This document shows, piece by piece, positions 46,244-56,658 of a DNA stretch of 64,000 bases. This DNA is from Macrostomum lignano (taxonomy: Eukaryota). The translations under genes and the position numbers were made by a program. The first letter of the stretch is position 1. Each line of letters starts with the position of its first letter. Under the pieces are notes generated by a model that did not search any database, was not told the origin of the DNA, and was given only the letters and a program-made list of their open reading frames with translations. The DNA lies in NCBI GenBank assembly GCA_002269645.1, contig NIVC01000356.1, positions 558,001 through 622,000 on the forward strand, given 5' to 3'.

Positions 46244-46965
46244 TTGGCTGCAGTGCCGACTGCCTGACTGCAGTGCCGACTGCCTGACTGCAGTTCCGAC
46301 TGCCTGACTGCACTTCCGACTGCCTGACTGCAGTGACAACTGCCTGACTGCAGTGACAACTGCCTGACTGCACTTCCGACTGCCTGGCTGCACTTCCGAC
46401 TGCCTGACTGCAGTGACAACTGCCTGACTGCAGTTCCGACTGCCTGACAGCAGTGACAACTGCCTGACTGCAGTGACAACTGCCTGACTGCACTTCCGAC
46501 TGCCTGACTGCAGTGACAACTGCCTGACTGCAGTGACAACTGCCTGGCTGCACTTCCGACTGCCTGGCTGCACTTCCGACTGCCTGACTGCAGTGACAAC
46601 TGCCTGACTGCAGTGACAACTGCCTGACTGCAGTGACAACTGCCTGACTGCAGTGACAACTGCCTGACTGCAGTGACAACTGCCTGACTGCAGTGACAAC
46701 TGCCTGACTGCAGTTCCGACTGCCTGACTGCAGTGACAACTGCCTGACTGCAGTTCCGACTGCCTGACTGCAGTGACAACTGCCTGACTGCAGTTCCGAC
46801 TGCCTGACTGCAGTGACAACTGCCTGACTGCAGTGACAACTGCCTGACTGCAGTTCCGACTGCCTGACTGCAGTGACAACTGCCTGACTGCAGTTCCGAC
46901 TGCCTGACTGCAGTGACAACTGCCTGACTGCAGTGACAACTGCCTGACTGCAGTTCCGACTGCCT
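46244..46965. repeat. 20-bp minisatellite (CTGCCTGACTGCAGTGACAA / ..TTCCGA)
   Basis: Direct periodicity. Confidence 0.95.
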
Positions 46966-47244
46966 ATTTCCATATTTTAATCGCTCGCTATAATCTGCTC
47001 CGGTTCATGCACTGCTGCCCACCGCACCATGCGACCAGACTTTTTAAAAAAGCGATCCATCCTCTATTCCATCCTTTTACGACTCTCTAAATAATTTAGT
47101 GTCTTCGCTGTTACTAAAAGCGGATGGGGCTGAAATGTCTAATAGGTATGGTTGAACGCTTTTAGCTCTAGTCGCAGACTGACTGTTGGTCATGCTTAAC
47201 CACTTGCTGCTTTTAGAACTGCAACTTTGTTCTAGCAGGTAATT

Positions 47245-48045
47245 ATAGCGACAGTCTAGCAAGTAACTATAGCAACAGTCTATTAGGTAACTATGGCGAC
47301 AGTCTAGCAGGTAACTATAGCAAGTCTATCAGGTAACTATGGCGACAGTCTAGCAGGTAACTATAGCAAGTCTATCAGGTAACTATGGCGACAGTCTAGC
47401 AGGTAACTATAGCAAGTCTATCAGGTAACTATAACAAGTCTATCAGGTAACTATGGCGACAGTCTAGCAGGTAACTATGGCGACAGTCTAGCAGGTAACA
47501 ATGGCAACAGTCTAGCAGGTAACTATGGCGACAGTCTAGCAGGTAACTATGGCAACAGTCTAGCAGGTAACTATGGCGACAGTCTAGCAGGTAACTATTG
47601 CAAGTCTATCAGGTAACTATAGCAAGTCTATCAGGTTAACTATGGCGACAGTCTAGCAGGTAACTATGGCGACAGTCTAGCAGGTAACTATGGCAACAGT
47701 CTAGCAGGTAACTATGGCGACAGTCTAGCAGGTAACTATGGCAACAGTCTAGCAGGTAACAATGGCAACAGTCTAGCAGGTAACTATGGCGACAGTCTAG
47801 CAGGTAACTATGGTAACAGTCTAGCAGGTAACTATGGCAACAGTCTAGCAGGTAACTATGGCGACAGTCTAGCAGGTAACTATGGCAACAGTCTAGCAGG
47901 TAACAATGGCAACAGTCTAGCAGGTAACTATGGCGACAGTCTAGCAGGTAACTATGGCAACAGTCTAGCAGGTAACAATGGCAACAGTCTAGCAGGTAAC
48001 TATGGCAACAGTCTAGCAGGTAACTATGGTAACAGTCTAGCAAGT
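47245..48045. repeat. 24-bp minisatellite (GGTAACTATGGCGACAGTCTAGCA)
   Basis: Direct periodicity. Confidence 0.95.
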
Positions 48046-48529
48046 TTCCTAACGACATAAATTGACCCTACATTTCAACGTGCGGCGTACATTAACTTTC
48101 TAAAGAAACTTACATTCGAGCATCTATTTAAAAAGGCGCGATAAGTGCAATTACAAGCATAAAAGAGTCTTTAAGCCCGAGGTGCATTGAGCAAAGCATT
48201 TCTTGCAGACGACATGACCTTCCACTGACCCCTGCTGGTGTGAGTTCTATCGCGCTGTGGATAGACCGCATGGCTGAGTCAACACGGTTCTGTTGTAGGA
48301 TCTATCATCTACGCTACTTTTTATTACTCGTGTGTCAGAACTTTAACTCACTCTCCACCTCGCTCTCAACCTGGTTCTCTGCTCTATTTAGACAGAAGCT
48401 TAGGTTTCTTTCCAAAGCGACCTACAGCAATTGCAATTTGCATTATTTCTGACAGATCATGCACGCATTATATTGTACTTTTATCAAACTGCCTATCAGG
48501 TTTGGTAAATAGACACCAGGTGTTTCAGT

Positions 48530-48845
48530 CTCTTACTGACAGTCCAACAGGTGACACAGCTGACTAACACAGGTAACTTACTGACAGTCCAACCAACAGG
48601 TGACACAGCTGACTAACACAGGTAACTTACTGACAGTCCAACCAACAGGTGACACAGCTGACTAACACAGGTAACTTACTGACAGTCCAACCAACAGGTG
48701 ACACAGCTGACTAACACGGGTAACTTACTGACAGTCCAACCAACAGGTGACACAGCTGACTAACACGGGTAACTTACTGACAGTCCAACCAACAGGTGAC
48801 ACAGCTGACTAACACGGGTAACTTACTGACAGTTCAACAGGTGAA
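48530..48845. repeat. 49-bp minisatellite, ~6 copies
   Basis: AGGTAAC recurs at 49-bp spacing (48571, 48620, 48669). Confidence 0.9.
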
Positions 48846-49171
48846 ACTACGTCATCCATTCCTACTTTCCTACTCTCTTGTACATCTTGTAATTCAAGAT
48901 TTTCAAACAGGTACTCGAAGGTACCTGCAGTTCCGCTCTGCTTTAACAATCAGCAGAAAAACATTTCCTTTCCTTTATTCCTTTTTAATCTGGTTTCCCA
49001 ATACTTTGGGGAGTTGAGCCTTGCTTTGTATTCCAATCACATTTCCGTGTTCCAGTGAGACTGCTTCCTGATTGAAAAAGCATTGAGAAATTACACAAAA
49101 TCAAAATCTCTTTTGAAGATAAATGTTGACCATTAGGACAATTGGATTGATTTCAAAGTGTGTGACTGAGC

Positions 49172-49311
49172 CATTAGAATTCAGCTGTGACTGAGCCATT
49201 AGAATTCAGCTGTGACTGAGCCATTAGACTTCAGCTGTGACTGAGCCATTAGAATTCAGCTGTGACTGAGCCATTAGAATTCAGCTGTGACTGAGCCATT
49301 AGAATTCAGCT
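49172..49311. repeat. 25-bp minisatellite (GTGACTGAGCCATTAGAATTCAGCT)
   Basis: Direct periodicity, ~5.5 copies. Confidence 0.9.
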
Positions 49312-49923
49312 AGTCGAACTTACAAAAATGAGGGTTCGGTGCACGCAGCAGGCAAGTGACGAACTTCCCAGACTAATGTAGCTCGTAAATCCTCAACCGA
49401 CAGAATTCTCATTGAAAGAGGCGAAACGCGCAGAACGCATGCAGCTGTCGTGTGATAGGCAGGCTAATTACCTCAGTCATAGTTCTTTTTTGAACTCATT
49501 GAACTGCAAAATCTGCAGTCCTTAATTAACTATAGAGACAATACTCGGGCATAAATTAAGATTGTATATGATTATCTAGGCTAGCTTTCAGAGGTTTAAG
49601 AGCTAGTTCAGAGAGCTCCTATGCTTAAAACTGACTTACGTGGGAGTATGACAAGTTTGGCGCCAATTCAAATCAAGAACTACTCATCGCGATATACAAA
49701 GACAGCGTTTCAAGCTGCTTGAGAAAGTTTAAGTTGACAGTTTTAATTAGGACACAACAGAATAGAAATAAGGGGTTTCTTAAATTTTGCAGAGATGAAT
49801 GAGATTTTATCATGGACTATTGGGTCTTGACTTACTTGACTTAGCTGCAGGGCTGTCCCGGAGGGGACACAGCGGGAAGGCGCGGGCGCCCATTCCGCTA
49901 GTCCCTGAACGGCCGACGCGTCG

Positions 49924-52900
49924 CTATGGACGGAGGGTTGGCGCCGCCCAGGGAGGTCCCCCAGTGTCGCCAGCAGCTATGGTGCTCTCTGGAAAGGAGA
50001 GTTCAGCCCTGCGGGTGGCCCGAAGGTAGCGCATGAGCTGATTAAAGTTTTCGGGTTTGCACGCTTCAGTAATAGATGTGTGTGGCCCGAGGTAAGTGAG
50101 TCTGGCCCGCGTGAAGGCGGGACAGATGCTGACGAAATGCTCAGCGGTTTCGTCACCTGAGTTGCAGAAACTACAGGTGGCGTTGGTGGCGTTGCCCTGC
50201 AGGTACTGGTGCCTGGAGAAGCAGCCGTGACCAGAGAGGGTCATGGTGGCAGCCCGGATGTCTCTGCGCGAGAGGCGCAAGAGGAGCTTCCGGAGCTGGT
50301 GAGAGGGTGAGGGACAGCGCCTCTGGATTGCCTGCAGTTCGTGCGGTTCGCCCAAGTCGAGCGGTGCTGAGTCCTGATCCACGCTTTGATGCGCGAGTCG
50401 ATGACACAGCCAGGAATCGGGACAAGAGGTTCGGGGCCGAGAGAGGAGCCGGAGGCACCAACTTTTGCAAGGGTGTCAGCCAACTCATTTCCTCGGATCC
50501 CCACATGCCCCGGAACCCACTTAAGGGTAATTTTGTTGGCGGAACCCAACACATTGAGGAGTTTGATACAGTCAAGGACTGTAGCAGAGTTGGTGCTGCA
50601 GCCACTGATGGCGTGCAAGGCAGCTTGGCTGTCCGAATGGAAAATGATGTTCTTACCAGTAACGCCAGTGGCGAGAAGCTCTGCAGTGCAGGAGCTGATG
50701 GCCAGAACTTCATTTTGGAAAACACTGGAGTTGACCCCAGTGTATTGAGCGTGGGTAGCGATGACCCTCCCGTTCAGAAAGATTCCAACACCAAAGCCGG
50801 TGTTGGCTGACTGCTTAGAACCGTCGGTGTAGCAATGAAGCTCACCAGGGTTCCAATGGTCATTGATGTTATCGCGCGAGTCGATAGCTACGGAGTAGCG
50901 CTGTCTCAGGTTGAGCGTTGAGGCAATGCCATCGGTGAAGACGCGATTGGCCTGACACTCGTTGAGAAAGTTGAGGCACAGATCGCTATGCGGGACAAGG
51001 TTCCGCTTAGCAGGTGCTCTCATGTAAATGAATTTGACGCCGGCATCAATTAGACGCCGCGTCGTTCTAGCCGCCTCACCCCTGATGAAGAGGTCAAGAG
51101 GCGGAAGATTAAGAAAGGCCCCCATGCCAGCAAAGGGCGTGGACCTGGTGGCGTTGCAGATGAGCCTACACGCTCTGCCTTGGATCGTGTTGAGCAGGTC
51201 TGCATGGCTTTTGACCTGGGTAGCGCTAACCCAGACAACAGAGGCGTACGTAATGGCAGGTCTAACTACGGAAGTATAGATCCACCAAAGCCGCTTTGGG
51301 GATAGACCCCAAGAAGTGCCAAGTGCTCGTCGGAGCTGGGCCAGGATGGCTGAGGCACGCTTAGCTTTTGCTTTCACGTGGAAGGACCAGTTGAGCCGGT
51401 GGTCAAGTGTGACCCCGAGACATCTGGTCTGGTGCGCGAAGGCAATATCTCTGCCGTAGAGCTGCAGAGGACGTATGTTCCAGCGTAGTCTGCTGGTAAA
51501 CATAATGGCAACGGTTTTGGGCTCAGAGAGTTCCAAACCATTGTCATTGGCCCAGGATTCTGCTTTGCGGATAAAGCTCTGCATCAGATCCCTGAGCGTG
51601 CTGGGAGACGGTCCTGCCACAATGGCCGTGACGTCATCAGCATACCCGACTTTGAAGACGGGGTCAGGTCGGGAGTCACTCAGAAGAGCGTCCATGACCA
51701 GGTTCCAGAGCGTCGGGGTGAGGACTCCGCCTTGGGGTCCACCCTTACAGACTCTGGTGGAGGCAGTTTGCCCAAGAAGTTGGGCAGTGACCGTACGGTT
51801 GGAGATCATGTACATGATCCACCGTATGAGGGTAGCATGAGCTTTGCGATTTTGAAGGGCCCTCTGAAACGCTTCAAAGATAACGTTGTCGAAGGCGCCA
51901 ACAATGTCAAGAAAGAGAGCCAGGGCGTAACCGTCACCCAGTACCGCCCGTTCAATCTTTTCGACAATCGCATGCAGGGCGCTGTCAGTCGACCTCCCGG
52001 TACGGAAGGCGTGCTGATTATTGCTGAGGGGCATCGCTGTCAGCTCGCAGGAGAGCAGCCGCCAGAGAATAAGCCTCTCAGTGAGCTTAAGCATTGCTGA
52101 CGTTAAGCTAATTGGCCGGAAGGCCTTGACGCTTTGGTAGTCACCCTTCCCAGGTTTGGGAATAAAGACTACTCGAGCTTCAGTCCAGCTTTTGGGAACG
52201 TATCCCAGCTGGATAGAGGCCCGCATAAGATTGCGGGTGAGTCTCAGGAACGAGGGTATCTTGGCTGCTTCACGAAGGAGAACAGGGTAGATACCATCAG
52301 GTCCAGGAGATTTGAAGGGTTTGAAGGTTCTGACCGCACGAGCGATTAGGTCTTCAGTGACAATGCCCGCCGCTAGGGTGGCTCCATCCATCGAATGGTT
52401 GGGCTCCGGTCTAGCAGTAGGTACCCTCGGGAAGAATGTGCTAAGCATATGCTGAAGCACTTCTTCAGGGTCTTTAGTAAGAGAGCCATCATCTTTTTTG
52501 ATCATGGCTAATTTGGACATTTTGTCCATTGTAAGGGCCTTGACAAGCCTAGAAGTAGGTCTGTCTTGATCCAATTCATTGCAGAATTGGCGCCACTTAC
52601 ATTCCTTGGCCTTGCGCACTTCAGATTTGAAATTGCGGGAGGCTTGCCGGAAAAGCTCCATGTCCTCCGGGTTTCCGGTCTTCATGGCACGGCGATGAAG
52701 GCTTTTGGCCTTCCGCCTGAGTTTCCCCAGCTCCGGGTTCCACCACGGCGCCGAGGTCTTGCCTCTGTAGGCGCGAGCAGGACAAGCCGCTTCGTAGGCT
52801 GCAATAATGCAACCTGTCAGCGTCTCAGCCATATGATCCACATCCTCGCAGGTCTCAATCGGACGTAAGTCCGTGAGTTCCTGCAGGTGCAGATCAAGGG

Positions 52901-53663
52901 CAGCCTTGTAGGCCGCCCAATCAGTGTTGCGGATATTGCGTCTCCAAGTGATCGGAGACTGGGTTTTAGTGTCCGCGATATTAAAGGCGATAAAGCAGTG
53001 GTCAGACAGGGAGGGCTCCTCAGACCAGACTCTCCACTCCTTGACTCTGTCAAAGAGTCTTGGGGTAACGAGTGTGGCGTCGAGGACCTCGGTCCATCTG
53101 CCATTATTAAAGGTAGGAGTGCTGCCGCGGTTGCAGAGCATGAGGTTTGTGTTAGAGATGAGGGCCAGAAGCTCCTCTCCTCTAGTGTTGGTATCTTTGC
53201 TGCCCCAGTGCTTGTGGTGCGCGTTGAGGTCGCCCCCTAAGCACAGCTCAGCGTTCTGGGACTCGCAGTACTGCGCAAGGCGCAGTAAACTCTCGGGAGC
53301 AGGGTCTCTGTCGCCTGGGATATAAACCGAGGCAACAAGACACGTACGCGGAGAGAAATGATTAGATTGGATGACGCAAAGGTCTCCATCAGAGAGATCA
53401 GTCCTCAGCCAAGCCTGGAGATGGCTAGCAGCGAGGATAGCCGCTCTAGGGCGGCTGTTCCCCGGGCCACACACATAAAAATCAGAGTAGCCAGAGGGAA
53501 TGTTGGGCAACTTACCGTTGCGCATCCAGGGTTCCTGGATCAGGATGAGGCCTGGCCTGTACAGCTCAGCAATCTTCATCAGATTTACTGACGCAGATAC
53601 GCAATGCTGTAAATTTATTTGCAGACAGAATGTCGCTCCTTTGGCAGCGTGGAGCTTAGTCAT
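49924..53663 (-). CDS. LINE ORF2: APE endonuclease - RT - RNase H - zinc finger (1-bp frameshift near 50305)
   Basis: QINLQH, IQEPW, GGDLNAH, SDH (APE); GGPQGGVLTP, GYADD (RT); YTDGSK, SDSQAAL, WVPGHVGIRGNELAD (RNase H). The motif GHG..CSFC..ETAEHFVSICP lies in the shifted frame 49924-50382. Confidence 0.92.
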
Positions 53664-53702
53664 ACTGTATTAAATGCAATATCTGGCTAGAGCCCAGGGC
53701 CA

Positions 53703-55208
53703 TCAAGGAGACTTGGACAACAGATCGTCCTCGTCCCAGGCCGCTGGGGCTTGACTGGGAGATGGGAGTTGGTCGACGTCCATGGCCTCCTCACCCCCAC
53801 CGGCCCCCCCAGCAGAGTCCTCAGGCTCCGATGACAGGATGGAGGAAGCTTCCTCACCTGCATCTTTACCTTCAGACCCCACCAAGGTGGCCGAGGAGAG
53901 CTCGGATTCCGAAGACCCGGCCTCGTCCTCAACTCCTTCTCCGACTGGCAGGTTTGGTTCCCGGGGCTCGGCCGGAGCCGTTACCGCGGTCGCCGAACTG
54001 CTGCTAGCAGAGGGGCGAGATGCAGCTTTGGCTTTGGGATCGGCTTGCGCCTTTCCTTGGGCCTTAGACTGCGCCCCGCTCTTGCCGGAGATGCCGGGGT
54101 TGGCAGTAGCCTTCCCTTTGGCAGACTTTCCTCGGCGCAACTTGAGCTTGAGGGCACCCAGCTGGAAAGAGGATCCATTAGGGTACCGACTCGCCCAAGT
54201 GCTGGAAAGGCCGAGGACAATTGAGTTGCCCGTCTCCCCCCTGCGGACTTTGCGGTGATACACCAGTCCACTAGCAGGGAGGTCGGGGTTCAGACGCAGT
54301 AGGACCCGGCGAATAACGTCTGGTCCAGCTGCGGTGCTCTTAGCAGGGACGAAAACCACATAGGGTATCGTCTTTGGACGCTGGCCCTCGCGAAGAAAAA
54401 GAGCTCCACCAAGGTCAGCATCCAAGGAGACCGTCGGTAGCCGCTGGAGCAGCCGCCGAGCGTCCTCCTCGCTGCTAGGAGCAATAAGAACGAATGTGCT
54501 TCGCAGCACCATCCGCTCAACGCCGATGGAGATTCCCTCCTCGACAGTCAGCTCAATCAGATAGGAGTCAACAGCACTCCACACTTTTTGAAGCTGATCA
54601 GTGGTCCAGTCCTGGTCGCGACCTTGGATGATCACTCCCGGGATTTTGGCCTTGGCCTTCGCCGCAAAGGTAGCTCCCGAAGGAACCTCCTTGTTGGCAG
54701 TGGCCATTTGTTGCGCCGTGGTTTCGGCCTCAGCAGCCGCGGCAGCAGCTCCAGGGAGCGCCGCCGCTGAACTACTGGAGCTTCCACCGGCCGGCCCGCC
54801 TGGTTGCCTTGGGACTCCAGTCGCTTCAGCATCCATGGTGGACGCCGCCGCTTTGGCCCCCGCAGCTCCCTTCTTGGCCTGCCTTTTGGCGCGTTGTTTA
54901 GCGCGTTTGCGCTCAAGCCGAGCCCGCTGAGCTTCATCGGATCTGCCAGATTTGGCCGGTCCTTTAGGCTCAGAGCTCGCGGTTCCCTTAGATCCACCAG
55001 CGGAGCTGGCAGGTCTTAGGGTATTTTGAGTTTGGTAGCTCTGGTCGGATCTGCCAGCAGAGCCAGCCGGTCCTTCCTTTGCCACAGTTGAATCAGTCGG
55101 TTGGGATCTGCCAGCAGGGCCGGCCGGTCCTTCGGACTGAGGTTGGGGTTTAGAAGGGTCCCCGTCCCTAGAAATAGCTTGTTTATCCATAGTCGGCTCG
55201 AAGGCCAT
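53703..55208 (-). CDS. LINE ORF1 (basic/low-complexity N-terminus plus a folded central domain like LOA-clade ORF1, DUF4780-like)
   Basis: Long ORF directly upstream of ORF2; first ATG at 55208; no CCHC knuckles. Confidence 0.8.
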   Translation of the reverse strand: MAFEPTMDKQAISRDGDPSKPQPQSEGPAGPAGRSQPTDSTVAKEGPAGSAGRSDQSYQTQNTLRPASSAGGSKGTASSEPKGPAKSGRSDEAQRARLERKRAKQRAKRQAKKGAAGAKAAASTMDAEATGVPRQPGGPAGGSSSSSAAALPGAAAAAAEAETTAQQMATANKEVPSGATFAAKAKAKIPGVIIQGRDQDWTTDQLQKVWSAVDSYLIELTVEEGISIGVERMVLRSTFVLIAPSSEEDARRLLQRLPTVSLDADLGGALFLREGQRPKTIPYVVFVPAKSTAAGPDVIRRVLLRLNPDLPASGLVYHRKVRRGETGNSIVLGLSSTWASRYPNGSSFQLGALKLKLRRGKSAKGKATANPGISGKSGAQSKAQGKAQADPKAKAASRPSASSSSATAVTAPAEPREPNLPVGEGVEDEAGSSESELSSATLVGSEGKDAGEEASSILSSEPEDSAGGAGGGEEAMDVDQLPSPSQAPAAWDEDDLLSKSP

Positions 55209-55439
55209 GATAAAAGGTTGGTGGGCTACCCTCAAAGGGGCGCGGTACCCACCCGGCCGCTCCACCTGACCGGGCAGTAGGCCAATAGCACCCTCAAGGC
55301 TGGCCCGACACCAGGAGGGGGACCGCTTGCGACCGGACTACTCCCCGGCCTTCCAGCCCATCGGCACGGTCAACACCTTAGGCATTAGAGAGTACGTTGA
55401 GCAGTACCACGGCCTGCAGGTTGGCGAGCCAGACCCGCA

Positions 55440-55726
55440 TACCCAAATTCGGCCGAAGCCACTGGATAGGGTCGCCAGCGCCGGAGCCCAGTCTGTCCAG
55501 CAGCCCTAGGGACTGCCTTGAACACACGCGGGGACGAGTACCCTGGGTCGACTTGCGAGACAGCGTGGGGGGGGGTCTGCGGCTGCCAGAGGCTAATAGA
55601 GGGTGCAGACCTCCCACCAGCCTTGACCTGCTGAAGATAGGGGCAGGCGTGAAGCATCGCAGACCTTAGCCCATGGGCCTAGTCTGTCTCATACTTCACT
55701 GGCATGCTGAATACGCCTTCGCGTGC
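55440..55726 (-). ncRNA. Predicted HDV-like self-cleaving ribozyme at the LINE 5' end
   Basis: P1 GCACGCG (55726-55720) / CGCGUGU (55530-55524) with a G1-U wobble; P3 GGG/CCC; L3 UACUCGU; P1.1 AC/GU; P4 hairpin GGCAGUCC/GGGCUGCU; two candidate catalytic strands (CAGA or CGAA) followed by UGGG. Confidence 0.7.
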
Positions 55727-55867
55727 AGACTATTGGGTCACTAAGTTTATGAATTATGAAATATAAAAAACGCTAATAAATGTAAAATCTACATTCAACA
55801 CTCATTGAACACTAGCAGCTTCATCTGCTCTGGAAAATCCTTGTTTGTCTATGGCCAGCATTATCAT

Positions 55868-56095
55868 TTTGGCGCCTTCCTGACACTCATTTTAGCGCCT
55901 TCCTGACACTCATTTTAGCGCCTTCCTGACACTTGTTTTAGCGCCTTTCCTGACACTCATTTTGGCGCCTTCAAGACACTCATTTTGGCGCCTTTCCTGA
56001 CACTCATTTTGGCGCCTTTCCTGACACTCATTCTAGCGCCTTCATGACACTCATTTTAGCGCCTTCCTGACACTCATTTCAGCGCCTTCCTGACA
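55868..56095. repeat. 23-24-bp minisatellite (GCGCCTTCCTGACACTCATTTTA)
   Basis: Direct periodicity; homologous to 58930-59520. Confidence 0.9.
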
Positions 56096-56209
56096 CTCTT
56101 TTTATTTGAGGCAGGGGGGTTGTGTGCACCCTGGCGCACTTTAAGCGACATAGGCACACAACCGGCGTGAGGCATTGCTGCCCATTCCGCCGACTCCCCT
56201 GAGCAGACC

Positions 56210-56210
56210 C

Positions 56211-56283
<73 letters not shown>

Positions 56284-56284
56284 T

Positions 56285-56351
<67 letters not shown>

Positions 56352-56373
56352 GTCTGTCTGTCTGTCTGTCTGT
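56210..56373. repeat. (TCTG)n microsatellite
   Basis: Direct. Confidence 0.97.
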
Positions 56374-56658
56374 CAGTGTACATTGCCTGACGATCCGAAA
56401 GCCAAGGCTGCTGTACACCCTGTGTGAGCTGTGCTTGAGTGCGTGCCTGCGTACAGTATTGGCGCGCTTGTCTGTGCTCAGGAGTCAGCGGAATTGTCAG
56501 AATTGCCGTCAGCTCTGCCTGTGGGACTACTGTATGTCGCCGAAGGCGTTGCACCAGGGGTGCCTTGCAATCCTTCAATGATTATTGAAATTGTGGGTTC
56601 ATATTTTATCCACACTTTAAAAGAACCGCTCGTATTGTCTCGTCTAGAAGTCGCTGAT

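Larger units (their letters stand above)
49827..55727 (-). mobile_element. Full-length LOA/Lian-clade (R1 group) non-LTR retrotransposon, 5901 bp
   Basis: Perfect 12-bp TSD GACTATTGGGTC at 49815-49826 and 55728-55739; two ORFs; short TAAGTCAAG-type tail. Confidence 0.92.
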
